Positions 27,629 through 40,473 of a stretch of 64,000 nucleotides of DNA are shown piece by piece. The stretch is taken from NCBI GenBank assembly GCA_010093815.1, contig ML996572.1; one strand, 5' to 3'. Source of the stretch: Pseudovirgaria hyperparasitica. Lineage: Eukaryota. The notes below the pieces were generated by a model, which saw nothing but the letters and a program-made list of their open reading frames with translations, was not told the DNA's origin and did not search any database. The number at the start of each line of letters is the position of its first letter. The first letter of the stretch is position 1. The translations under genes and the position numbers were made by a program.

Positions 27629-28449
27629 ATGATGTCTACACCCGACCATCTTGATCCTAGTGAGCTCGGCACGAAAGAGTAGTGCGTTAGGACAACCACA
27701 GCCACCTTGCGCGCTTCTCGCTAACGACGAGCTTCCATAGCTGGGACGCCACATACAGGCGGGAGCTTACGAATTTCGCCTCAGATACTTCTGACGTTGG
27801 CACAATATGGTTTTCAGACTCGTCAGCCGAGGAACGGACACTAAAATTTCTCGAACAGCTGTGGGATGAAGGTCTGTTGACAAAGGAAGATTCCATGAAC
27901 GGCGATGAAAAGCAAGCTGCGACTTCCTTTATTGATCTCGGAGCTGGTAATGGGCATATGCTTTTTGCGCTCAGAGAGGAGGGCTGGGGAGGAAAGATGG
28001 TGGGCGTGGACTACTCGCCGGAGGCTGTTCAATTGGCACAGAAAATAGAACAGGAGGAGAGGAGCAAAGGCGAATGGACTGGGAGCGAAGCAAGCGTCAT
28101 TTTTGAAAGGTGGAATGCTATAACACAAGAACCCGGGCCTTGGATGATTCCCGGTGGATTTGATGTTGCTCACGACAAAGGCACCTTCGATGCAATCAGT
28201 CTCAGCGAGGAGACGGACGAACAAGGACGAAGGATCTGTGAAGGGTACCGGGAGAGGGTAGAAAATCTGGTTAGAATTGGTGGGCGAGTCATAGTGACAA
28301 GTTGCAACTGGACGAGTGATGAACTCAAATGCTGGTTGGCACAGGGCCAGCTTGAAGCCGAAAGAGAAGTAAAATATCCTAGCTTTCGCTTTGGTGGGAA
28401 GGAAGGTTCTCAGATTTGCACGGTCTGCTTTGTAAGAAGACCGAAATAG
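27629..28449 (+). CDS. EFM4: Protein-lysine N-methyltransferase EFM4/SEE1 (eEF1A methyltransferase)
   Basis: Spliced N-terminus DPSELGTKEY|WDATYRREL..GTIWF (intron about 27681-27740). SAM motif IDLGAGNG, HDKGTFDAISL, TSCNWT and YPSFRFGG are present. Confidence 0.93.
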
Positions 28450-31400
28450 AGAGTACTGTCACATCACTTACCTCACTCTGAGTCGAGGGACATCAGTTCT
28501 ATTAGCCCTGAGCTTGACAAGAATGAAGTCGACATTTTGCAGCTCATGCTGCCACTCTCTCCGTTCGCCATCGGCATCCAGCTCAGAACTGGTGTCAACC
28601 TCTACACTTTTCTGATTTCGCTCATCCACGAAGAACGGTACCGTCTGTTCATTCCTGTATGGACCTACTATTGATGAAAGCTTTGGCAACTACGCATGAA
28701 GTGAGGAGAAAATCTACAACAGATCTCGTTGGGCAGACGTGGTTGTTGGGTGTCCACGAACCATCAGTAGCGAGAATCCGTGTGAAGGACGCTTTGTTAC
28801 CCATGGCAAAGGAAACAACGAACACACCTTATTGACGGCATTCAGCACACACATTTGTTGACTTGCCTAGGTTCGTCTGGATGTCCTTGTCGATAACGGT
28901 CAGTGTCTCGGAAGCTGGGTAGTCTATTATAATAAAGCCCAGACTAATGCCGCGACGATACCAACAAGCCCAAGTCCTAACTCCTACCATCAGTCAAGCG
29001 CCAATCGTCATTCTCCAGCTCGCTCGTCCACCACCCCTTGTTTCCATTCCGATTCTCACCCATCTACGAAGTGCGCCCACCTCTCTTCTCAACACCTCAT
29101 CAACACCACTCACGACGCACTCACAGCTGCCTTCATCCCCCTATCATGGTTCTGTCGTTTGCGCCTTGGAAATGCTGCCTTGCCTCGTACGAACCATTGC
29201 AATACTAACAGCATATGAGCCAGGAGATGGAAAAATATACTCAGTTCATCTCTCGCCCAGACAATCGTCAGCACAGTGAATGGCCCAACAAGCAAACCAA
29301 ATAGCGTAATTAACGGTGACCTCACTTATAAGTCCTGCTGGTTCGATAGAACTTGCTATTCACGCTTATGTATTCGAATGTGACGGACGAGCGAGAGAGT
29401 TTTGCGCATTATCTTCAGGAAGCCTGTCTGTTGATCGCGGAAGTGGTCGGGGGACGGCCGGGCAACGCCCAATCTGTGAAGGCAACGTACGGAGCTGTCA
29501 AGTACTGGGTGTCTCTAGCTGTACTGTAGTTAAGGCGAGGAAGTCATTCAGTAAGCATCTAAAGTCTGAAGGACATTGCGGGATTAGGTGGTAATTTGGC
29601 GCATGTCTCAGGGAAATCAATTGCTCAATACTCCTGTACAGTCTTTCGGATCCGCAGCATCGACGATATGAATGACCCTCAAATGGCAACCTATCAAGCC
29701 TGGCCAGGAGTAGCTAGTCCGGCGAGTAGGCAATTCATTTCCACGACTACATCTCAAGGCCCCTGAATTCTGAATCCAGATGCCTGTAATTAACAGCCCT
29801 CCCTAAGACTATCAATACACAAACTCCACATTCATAGCTTGACCAACATCAGGCGCTAACAAAATACAGTAAGCCACTACGCTTCCACCGTAGGAAGACA
29901 CACTCAAGTACCAACGCCAAGAGTGCAGATCCTTGTCACTAAAATAAGCCCATTTCGATCCTCATGAATGATTTGAAAGTATATGATCCCATGTCCGCGT
30001 TGTATACGACTCTGCAAATATTTGCATAAGTTTCATATATATATGCATACAACTCAGCATAAAGTCCCACGCGATATCAAAAAGTCTTCTTTGACTCTGC
30101 CGCCAAACCACGCATAGGACGAGTAATACGTATGAATGCATGGCTATCTGCACGATATAACCTTATAACAACACTATGGGAAATGAAATGTAAAAGCTGG
30201 ACGGATTCTCCACCAGTGGACCGCTGCACTCGCAAAATGCGTTGATCTCGTTCCTGTTTGCCTTTTGGTTCGAGATCACCGTGCAGGAGCGTGTTGAAGC
30301 GTGGAGAGGGGGTTGGTGAGAACTTGGGATGAGACTTATGTCTAGTCGGTCGATGATACATGGTGATAGGAACGAGCAAACGGACAGGCTGGTGAGTAAC
30401 GAGCGTGCTTTATAATCGCAAGCATGGTATTCGCCGGATGATGCGATTCTCAACGCTGGGAGGTAGTTAGCAAGGTGGTGTGGCTATTCTTAACGTCTAT
30501 CCTGCCTGGGTCTCTGGGGTTCTTTCCAATTGTGTTGACTGTAATTCAAGCCCTCGAACCGCGTATTGTTGGTAGGAGGGATTGCAGTTATCACTTCGAG
30601 CAGTCTTACGCAAGAGAATGTCACAATTACGGCCGTAGGTACACTTTTCTGTCTGAGATTTAGTATATACAGGATGTGACGACGATTACACAGCATGTCC
30701 ACCGTAGTCTGACATGCATGAGTTATATGAGGGCTTACCGTTGCCCTGTAGTTGTTCACTTTTTCTTGGTACATGAACATATTGTATCCAGAGATAGCTA
30801 GGGCTGCACGCAAGGGAATAAGGAGAGTCTTGCTGGGCACTTCCGGAATTTGAGATGTTGATGTTAATGCTCCACGACGGGTAAAGGTCGAGTTTGCAGA
30901 ATGTGAGAGATCACAAGGGAAGGGGTGACAGGGGCCCGATCAGAAGGTTAGCTATTTGGCAACTGTCCTAGATAGACTCCTGAGTAAGGCCTTTTGCTGG
31001 TCGCTATCTACTTGTTTAGTGATAATGGGTCAGCAGGAGGTTCAACAGCGAGTTTCCACTCGCCTTCGTGTACAACAGCGATTCGTACATGTAGAGAAAT
31101 GATCAGTAGTTCGAGCAGTATCATTGGGACAGGAACAGCAACGTCAAAAGAACACTCATACCAGTGAAGGCAACAAAGCACTTGTCAGTCCACCATTAAT
31201 CGTCTGTTTCTTATCGGGTTGAATAAACTCCCTGTCCACAGGAAAGCTTAGCGTTCATGCAAGTGAAAGCCCGGAAATGCCGTCAGCGGCACCACTTGCC
31301 CGTTTTTCCGAAGTTACGGAGACTGATCGTCAAGCTTACTGTCTCTGATAGGGTACAGTGTGGGTGATGTGCATCTCGAGTGCCGAATGTCGGTCGGTAG

Positions 31401-33576
31401 GAGATAGTCACGGTAGTTATGTCTGACATCTTTCCCGAGATGGCTCGAGGCTCACAGCCACGCGTATATTCCAAATATAGATCTTAACTGTGTGGATATG
31501 CAGCGAACGACCCCGAGATGCGTATGACTACGAACATGTGTTCACCACTAGTATTGGTATGACGATGTGAAGCTCACCATATATCCATGTCACTGCTGTG
31601 TATTCGTAGTGAAATGTGGGAGATGGCTCTAGACCATCCTTCAGGTTGGAAGAAGTCTTGGGGAAACCTTCCCTGCATTTAGTTGTGTATTTCTGATGGC
31701 AATGTTGAGGAAGTGGTGGTATAAGTGATTTTATGGATAGACGAACAAAAAACGGTACATCGAACGATGATGCGAGCATGCACCAAGTCACTCGACCAAT
31801 TCATGGTAAAGTAGCTTGTGTTGGTCGTTCACGTCGTGTTTTGCCTCACGAAGTGTGCTGACATACAGTACTGTAAGCGAACAGTTGGATTCATATCGTC
31901 CAAGACTGTTTGGTGTGGCCTTGATGCACTGATCGTTCCATTACCTTGACACTCAAACGATGTCGTTCGGATCAGCCGAGCGTTACATGTCAGTGTGTTC
32001 CATGCGCGTATATACGCCACATAGATTCAGGAGTGAAGGAACACAATACAAGCCTCTCCTTGACAGTGGAAGGATAGAAGTCCGATCTAAAACATGCTTG
32101 CTATCTGAACTTAGAATAGAACTATGATGTAAAGAGGGAGATTGAAAGAGGTCTGCGTCCAGGAAATGGTTCCATTGACGCACACTGAAGACCTACCAGG
32201 GGAGGTGCAATTAAGTCGAGATGTGGTGTGCTTGACAGGGGCACAGGTTTTCATACAGATCCGTCATTTCTTTGATACAGTATCGCGTCTATCATACCGG
32301 GGAAACTAATGTTGTGTACAGTCCAACCCTGCAACTGCTGGGTTCATTGTCCGGTGGCAAGGTGAGGCTCGGAGCATGCACGCCAGATAGAATGCACAGA
32401 TATGAAATGCTGAGCGAGAGAGGTATGAGATGAGTTATGCTGGAAATGGAATAGAAGTGGAGCAGAAATCTCACGATAGGTTACACTTGCAGCAGGTCAC
32501 GATGCCGAAAGCGGGCGGGCACTGTCAGTGATGCGAAGGTATATGCTATTTTTAGCACTCGATGCACAGATTTCAGATGAACGATGAGGCTGTGCCTGCG
32601 GGTGTGAAAGAGCTAAGCGGGGCCTAACCGGGGCCGAGGCGCGGTACAGTTAGCGATGCATTTTTAGCGGTTGGCGGTACCGGCCACCCCCCCTAAACCC
32701 CCTAAATTCCCCCTCAGCATCCAGCGCAGTTCGCAGTGTACTGTAGCAGCATCCTCGCACGATCGTCGTCGTTGTCGGTACATGGCTAGTTGCATACGCT
32801 GTTGCAGCTTGCAGATTCTAGCCTATGTTGACAATTGTCGACCAAGAAAGAGAGTAAGGCATGCGGCCTTTCCGACGACTATCAAATTTTTGCTTTGGCT
32901 CGCCTCGCTCCAGCGGAGTCCACTTGGCGGGGCACAGCACAACCAAACAGCCAGAACTCAAACTAAGATTCACTTTCTCCCATCATCTCATCATTCCATC
33001 CATTCCTGCTCCCATCATCTAATTCTGTTACTGTCTCTGCACGCGACTCCTTATGAGTAATGGCGGCTTAGACCCTTCACACTAACTCCCCCATCCTTGT
33101 GGCTCCAGCAACATACCAACACACTTGACACAACGTGGACTATTTGCTTTCTGTCGCTCCTACGCAGTCTTCAATCCTTCCGCCTCCCAACTTGCTCCAA
33201 AAGGAACAGTATTCCTCTGCTGTCTGATCTCTGGTCTTTCAAGAGTGCCTACTTACAAAAATTCTCACTGAGAACCTTGGAACGCCTTGCGTGCTGACTA
33301 CTGTGCCATATCGCCGCCCTTGGATTAGACATACCGCATCTCGTCAGTCCAGTGGCACATCCCTACATTCATCTGGTAAATAACCCTTATACCCCGTCTA
33401 TTTCTTTGCCACTTGCTCGGCTGCAATATTACTGCTTTCCTGACTGCATGCATCGGGCTGCATAACTGTACCCTCTTCCGTCATTTTTTTGCCAAGATCC
33501 CTGCTCTGTTTACTCTTTTATTCATTGGATCGACGTTCGCTTCCGCACTACATATCCCTAACCAGGCTCGCTCACA

Positions 33577-34884
33577 ATGCATCGCCCTCTCCAAGGGACG
33601 CTGCCGATCCTGTCGATCCGAAGCACTGACACTGACTACTGCAATTCAGCCATCGCGCTACTCCACTGCACGCCTATCGTACACCCATCCAACTGGAAAG
33701 CTTATATGGCGCCCAGCCAGCACCATCTACCGCTCCATCATCGTCGGACGCCTTCCCAGCAGAGTCGGTCATCTTCTCATGATGGTTCACTGCCAGACCA
33801 ATCCGCTTACCGGACTACTGTGAATAGCCATACGGAAGATATACATCTAGCACCTCCACCTCTCTTCTTCAGCGGGGGCCGTAACAGGAATAGGAAGCCT
33901 GCTGGCTTGCGAGATCTTATGCGTCGTAGAACGGAAGGAGATTCGGAAGAGCAACAGGACGAACAACCAACGAGTGGCAATTCAGCGTCACTACTATCTC
34001 CCAACTACCAAACAGAAGCTCAACCCATCCGTTCAGCGCCGCCAACTGTAACGACCTATCAACAAGCTCAACGCTCACACTCGCAGCCACCAGGGTCGCG
34101 TGCAGTCTCGAATCAATACCCATCTCCCATTTCTTCTTTCGACAGACCAGACGGCGAGATGTACGGCCAGGCCAGTCACGCTTCAGAGCCGTGGGCGAAT
34201 AATTGGAGCATTAGACCAGCCTCAACTTATCCTCCCCCTCATGCATCACAACACTACGACGAGAGGCCACATTCCTACTACGCGGGACAATCACACTCGC
34301 ATTACCAACCCCATGCCTCCTACACTCACCAGGAACCGTACCACACATACCAGTCACAATCACAACTACAGCCACAACTTGAGATCTCTCCGCAGCCCTC
34401 ACAAATGCACCGTGAGAGCGTGGATGAGGGTTTCGATGACCCTACTGAATCAGCAATGTTCGCCGAAGCACTCTCTGGGTTCTCAGGCCCTAGCACACCG
34501 TTTACGCTACAATCGCCGCAGTCACCTCCCGCACACACCGCATACCTGTCCCACACAAGCCTCCTTCCCCCGGCATCACGGCCGCCTCCTATTCGCACGC
34601 AGACTGCCAACCTCCAGCAAACCACATCCAACGTCTACCTCCAACCTTCAAGTAGCTACAGCTACTCAAGTAACGTTAGCTTCAACGACAACCGAAGCCC
34701 CAATCACGCCATGAACCTCGCCATTCTCAGTATATCCGGCGACGAAGAAGACCGTCCACCCGACGAGGAACTACCAAACTACGCGCAGAGCCAGGCCGAA
34801 GAGGCGGCGAGAAGACGTTACGAAGCAGCGTCGCGAGCAGCGGAGTTGGAGCAACGGTGGGCTGCAGGGCGTCGGAGACATTAG
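33577..34884 (+). CDS. Low-complexity Ser/Pro/Gln/His-rich hypothetical protein
   Basis: 435-codon uninterrupted ORF; the true start may be the ATG near 33706. C-terminal PPDEELPNYAQSQAE..RRYEAASRAAELEQRW contains an LPxY motif followed by a charged helix. Confidence 0.75.
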   Translation: MHRPLQGTLPILSIRSTDTDYCNSAIALLHCTPIVHPSNWKAYMAPSQHHLPLHHRRTPSQQSRSSSHDGSLPDQSAYRTTVNSHTEDIHLAPPPLFFSGGRNRNRKPAGLRDLMRRRTEGDSEEQQDEQPTSGNSASLLSPNYQTEAQPIRSAPPTVTTYQQAQRSHSQPPGSRAVSNQYPSPISSFDRPDGEMYGQASHASEPWANNWSIRPASTYPPPHASQHYDERPHSYYAGQSHSHYQPHASYTHQEPYHTYQSQSQLQPQLEISPQPSQMHRESVDEGFDDPTESAMFAEALSGFSGPSTPFTLQSPQSPPAHTAYLSHTSLLPPASRPPPIRTQTANLQQTTSNVYLQPSSSYSYSSNVSFNDNRSPNHAMNLAILSISGDEEDRPPDEELPNYAQSQAEEAARRRYEAASRAAELEQRWAAGRRRH

Positions 34885-37477
34885 CAACATGGATGCACAG
34901 GCACTCGCACACTCGGACATAAAGCGGTCACAGCGATCTGCATTTCTGCGCGTTATCAATCGTCATAATTACATTTTTTACAAGATACCCATACGTGCGC
35001 TTTGCTATTTTTTCTTGTTTCCGCTTTTGTATGTGGAATGTCTCAAAAGCATATCTCATATTATTCTCTACATATTCTCAATACCTCTCTCTTCCTGTGC
35101 ATCATCCTACCTTTACGCAGCGTATGCTCGTGACGCACCGGACTTTCACGCCGACCCCGAGGCTTGCTTTGATCTCACCTATGGCGCACGCTAAGTTCGA
35201 CTTATTCCGCGAGGTCCTTCAAGCCACAGCAGGGGCCACGAGGTATTAATAGCAAGCTGTCACGAGACATGAAATGTTGCAACCGGAGACGCCACAGCAA
35301 TCTCTGCGCTAAAATATACTGTAACATGCCTGTTTGTAACAGAAGGTAAAACGCATTCTAGCTACAATAATACATCTAAATCAAGCTAGAAGTGGACGCC
35401 CGGGCGTGAGCCCAAAAGATGTACATAAAAAGCATCTAAGGGTATGACGTTGTCATCTTGTCAAGTGACGCTGATCACTGACACGAACCGATTCGAACAT
35501 CCTGTCTTTGCTAAAGTACATGCCATTCACGAAACCATTAACTACATCAAGAATGGTAGGGATCGTGTTATTTATGAAGCCAATGGGATGATCACCTCAA
35601 CACGGTACGGAATTAATAAGTTTGTCACGTCAGTAAATACAGCAATCAAAGTCAAGCCAGAAGAACTCAAAGACGGTGTCCCTGTTTGTTAATCGCATAC
35701 TGGTGAGATTCCTACAAGAGCGCCAAGTGGTTTGAAGAATACCACGATTCGAGACGATGACGAACCTGTAATATTCGTTGCCTTGTGGGCAGGGAGATAG
35801 AGTCAAAAAATATACCATGGTCCAAAGCATCTCAGTTAAAATACCATACCCACAAGGACCTTTTGTCTAAGGGTAAATCTTGTTCGAGTTTGGCGAGGAC
35901 GCCACGCCACAAGCAGCGCCATATAGATAGCTCACAAGGCCGACCACTGGATCTTCTTTCAACAACTCGAAATAAAGTCCGGACGTGACCTCTTCAGTGG
36001 GGCCTGGACGCTCTTCTAGGCTATATATTTGATGGTCTTAGTAGGCAGCCGAGGGCAAGATGTGCGATATATGTAGTCTTACGCAGTCCCCAGGGGTGAT
36101 TGTGTTAATCACGTCTTGACGCAATTTGACGTCGGTCAGACCTTGCATTAACTGCCCGACCTGATCCAAGGCGTTCTCGCTTTGAGGTGGTCAGTCTATT
36201 TCATAAGTCTTGCTCGGACTAAGGAAGTCGCCCAAATCAGTCACAATGTACCGGAGTAAAGCTGGGCAGGTAGGTATATATGTGTCATCATTGTACTGAT
36301 ATAGTGGTTTTATCTCTAGCTCTCCTATCGAACAGGAAACCCGAGACTATAACAACAAACACCGGCTCTATATTGATTTTATGTACAGTCCAATTGTTTT
36401 AAAAACTTCCTTACGAGAACTATGGCTAGATACAGTCACGTTGAATACCAATTGCTGACTTGCCGCTTATACAATAATTTGCTGTTCCCTTTTTCACAGA
36501 CTCGACTCGACTGATCAAAACAGGTGTTGTAAAAGAGAAGGTAAATATGTCTATAAATCTATCTGTAGTGATAGAATATCAGAAGTTTTGATACTCCTGA
36601 TCCGGACTACTCTAGTATAAGTTCTCTTCTGACTTGTGAGGCACTCCAACCCGAGGTGAGCCTCATATCGAATGGTCCGATTGAATACAATCGAGATCCT
36701 CAAATGGGACTGGGCGTACCGATGTAAGGTCTGACGGGAAATCAAACGTGTCTGGTCCATCAAGATTCATGAACCATGCTCTCTTGACTCGATGTAAGTC
36801 TGGATGAACAGCACTAATGCAGCAAAGTACATCGCAACCACAAGACATGAAACGAGAGAACCGGCATGGAGAATCGCGTACAAGGCGCCCATGGGCGTGG
36901 TTTGGACTAACGTTGAAGACAAAGGAAGACCCCCAGCAGAACAAGAGAATGTCTACCACAGAGTACTCGGATGACCTCTTGCTTCGCTTGGCTACTACTT
37001 TCCCGCAGGCCCTGACGAGCTGTTTCACGGCCTGTAGTTTGTGATACTGTTGAGATTGTTGATCATTGCGTTGAGTGTCGGTTTGTATGTGTTTCACTCC
37101 AACACTATATTAGTGTCCATTGCGTCTTGCACAAACAATGAATCATCAATGAACGACTAATTCATGAATCTACTTACCAGTTGATAATCAACCATGTGAG
37201 TAAATCATGTGTCGGGACTTGGCAAAGGCAATGCTCAGTCTCCTTGTCTATCCGGTTTGTTGGATGCCCTATAATATGTCTGTCATACTCAGAACAACAT
37301 AGGACAAACAGATCAAAACATTATATGGCCCACAGTGAGCATTATGTTATAAGCATACGACTCGATTTTTAGATAATATTTACATAGAGCAGGTATGGCG
37401 GAGCATTGATATAACCCAAAACCACAAGCGCAGTTCCTCCCTACCGGTGACGTCAAGTGGTCTAATTTTGGATGTTA

Positions 37478-38749
37478 TCAAACAACCTGCGTTTCGACTG
37501 TGCCCACAGGCCTCTCTACCATAGCCATGACACCACTTACGACGTCTTTTCGCGCCTCTTCGCTGCTAGGCTTCTTTCCACCAAGGTATAGCAGCCACAG
37601 CAGCCGACTGATCCGCTCATCTTCTAGTCGTCCAATTCTTTCCACTTCCCCGCCAGCAGGGTTCTTTTGATATAATACATCCAGTATTCCTCGACCATCT
37701 CTTGTTAGAAGGATTATCGATCCTTTGGGAGCCTTACCTCTGCCTTGAAAGATCTGCTTGAACTCTCGCATTGATAATGCCATACTGTCATCATCGAATT
37801 CTGAGACCTCCGAGACCGTCGACTGACCTGATGTACCGGCGTCCTTGATAGTGTTTTGTGCCTTTTGTGAAGCCTCTTGTATCCTGTTAGTCAGGCCAGT
37901 CACCCAGCCATCTCGTAAATGGTTGAAGTTCGTATCTCTGACAGGGACCACCCGGAAGGCAGTTTCTATCTGGCTATGTCCGTCTTGCAGTACAGCCTCC
38001 CATATCTTGGAGGAGCTCTCTGGATCGAGTAATGAAGTTCTTAGCTCCTCTTTCTCCCCAGGTATGAGCGCGGAAGCCATTGGATTGATGTGATGTACCA
38101 GAGACGCTTGTAGCGGTGCCAGCGAACTGTTCTTCACGTATAGTCCGACAACGTACACCTGGACATTAAGGAACGACACGCGCCGTATTCCAAGACCAAT
38201 AAGAGTGTATTCTGGATCTTTCTCTCCGGGAACACCAGAAGGTAGTGTTATAATCTTTGGAAAATGTGGTACATAGGATGTTCCCGTGGGAACTAATTCA
38301 ATCTGCTCATGCGTTGACGGATCCTCTACAACGAGCTTTTGTCCACCAGCGGCCAATACAACAGGCTTGCCTTGAAAAGCTTCCGTGTCTCTCGGATTGG
38401 CATCAGCCGAGTGGCCTTTTTTATATTTGATATCTTCCTCTATAAGACAACTGCAAGCGTATGTTCCCGCCATCGAGAATGCTAAGCCGATGAAAAGAAA
38501 CTTGATCTCTCTTTTCAACTTCCTAACTTCCGCGTCGCGACGCCGCCGTCTTCCAATTTCATCATATGGATTGTTGCTTATCGGCTCCTTTAACTGATTG
38601 GCTTCGTCCTCATCGTAAGCTTCAACAGATCTTGCGCGCTCATGTTTTAAGGTGAAGGGTCTTAGAAATGGCTCGCGGAGACGGGAGGAGCGGAGACGAA
38701 AGGCGACAGGACGGCGAGCGAAAAGTCGAGTTATGGAAAGTGCTCTCAT
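37478..38749 (-). CDS. AIM18: Mitochondrial chalcone-isomerase-fold protein AIM18/AIM46 family
   Basis: Arg-rich presequence, one TM segment, and motifs YTLIGLGIRRVSFLNVQVYVVGLY, RVVPVRDTNFNHLRDG and LWLLYLGGKKPSSEEARK. Confidence 0.85.
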   Translation of the reverse strand: MRALSITRLFARRPVAFRLRSSRLREPFLRPFTLKHERARSVEAYDEDEANQLKEPISNNPYDEIGRRRRRDAEVRKLKREIKFLFIGLAFSMAGTYACSCLIEEDIKYKKGHSADANPRDTEAFQGKPVVLAAGGQKLVVEDPSTHEQIELVPTGTSYVPHFPKIITLPSGVPGEKDPEYTLIGLGIRRVSFLNVQVYVVGLYVKNSSLAPLQASLVHHINPMASALIPGEKEELRTSLLDPESSSKIWEAVLQDGHSQIETAFRVVPVRDTNFNHLRDGWVTGLTNRIQEASQKAQNTIKDAGTSGQSTVSEVSEFDDDSMALSMREFKQIFQGRGKAPKGSIILLTRDGRGILDVLYQKNPAGGEVERIGRLEDERISRLLWLLYLGGKKPSSEEARKDVVSGVMAMVERPVGTVETQVV

Positions 38750-39086
38750 GGTGGCACAAAGTCGTTATACTCCTGGTTGTCCTCAATGGGTTGGAGAGAA
38801 CCACGGCTTGACCTGAGAGCAATAATTAGTAAGTGTCAGATAGTCCCGTGGGAATCTGATGGAGCTTGGACCTACGGATCACGCTAGGGTTTACACGTGA
38901 CTTAATTCCAAGCTTCAAAGTTTAAGTTCAACATTGTCCCATCCCGCCCCCGATATGCTATGATGTCAGCGTATATTATAAGCCATTCAAACTGGGACAC
39001 ATATCGCACATGTGACGGCCGAAATGCGCGAGCTGAATATCGGCATGTGTAATACCTGCTGATAGGAGGGCGACTTCGTGTCTAAT

Positions 39087-40473
39087 ATGTCGCTCTTCGT
39101 CGACCCCGTCCTCGCTAGTACTGAGTATGATGACGAAGTTGGTGTGGGACAGTTTAGTATGGAGGACCAACATGTGTGTGGCAATGGGCGTATCAAGACT
39201 GGACACCGCGAGCTCGACGAAGCACTTAATGGTGGCTTCAGTACTGGCCGTGGTGGAATCGTAGAAGTAGCAGCAGATGTGACCGGATCCGATGACAAGC
39301 ATGTAAGCGTCACACTTCCTGCACATGTGCAATTGATATAATCTTTAGAACTTGAGATGTCATTTTATATGGGCTCCTGTTAAGATCTTCTGTACCCTTC
39401 TCGACACGTTTTTGATGTTAATGCCACTCACAGCTCGTATACTCAATACTTGCAAGTCACTTGGTTTCAAACGCATCGTCCTGTGTCGCCATCATCGATA
39501 CCACCGGTAATTGCGACGTTCTTGCTCTTTACGAAACTCTGGTAGCCCAATTTGAACGATCGAGACCTACATGCTCAGATTTAGTTGCGGCATCTGCGGG
39601 AGATGCTAAAGACCTTACTGAGAAGGCCCTCGAAAGAGTCAAGATTTTTCGCGCCTTTGACCTTACGGGTGTCAGAGAGTCCATAACAGAAATTCAAGAA
39701 GGGTTGAGACACTCTATGGGGAAAGCTAATCAATCGAGCGCTGTGCAGCATATACCCCTCGAGCGAAGAGTGTCTCAGTCACCGCATGCTCGTAAAATGA
39801 GCGAGATCCCGGACAGCCAAGCCGAAGATGGAGACCATGAGATGCTACTTGACCCAATCCCGACCGTCGCACAGATAGAGCCACCAAAAGAGTCTACAGA
39901 CACTTCAACGTCCAGCATACTACAAAAAATCGATGTCTTGGTCGTTGATAACCTCACACAAGTCATCAAACCGCTCATGAAGGGCAATCACGTACAAGGT
40001 AAAGCCTTTGAGGACAATGATTCGAGCCTTGCTTACTGTCTGTAGCTCATGCAGTGCTGAGCTCGTTCCTACGAACACTCAACCACCTCGTGACAGCGCA
40101 TAGCTTACTGGCACTGCTCATGGTGTCTACGGTTACACCTTATAGCCAAGCGCTACCGCGTGCACTTACGCTAAAATCAACGTTAATTGTCCATGACTTT
40201 GATTACCAGCGTGAGATCGCGCCCGTATCTATTTTCGCATCCAATGCTGCATATCCTACACTGGGACAGAGCTTCCCATACTTTGTAGATCTGATGTTGC
40301 TCATTAGTAGATTACCGCTCGATCAGAGGGATGCCAGAGTTTTCTACGCCGATGATGTAAAGCGGTACACTACTGAGGTAGTCAAAGGGGTGAGACTTGG
40401 GATCCTTGTGGAGGTATTGAAAGACAGGTATGAGGCACGGTGCGGAAGATGGGCTGTCATCGGTGAAAGTTGA
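39087..40473 (+). CDS. RecA/RAD51-paralog-like protein (RAD51D/XRCC2-type) with degenerate P-loop
   Basis: Three exons: IKTGHRELDEALNGG, VAIIDTTGN, LERVKIFRAFDLTGV, Walker-B-like VLVVDNL, and FLRTLNHLVTAHSLLALL. Confidence 0.72.

Noticed and set aside
32690..32712. CCCTAAA-like telomeric units
   Set aside because: Only two imperfect units; more likely a promoter motif or chance.
35444..37372. Short ORFs between the low-complexity gene and AIM18
   Set aside because: No signal peptide, domain or reliable splice model.
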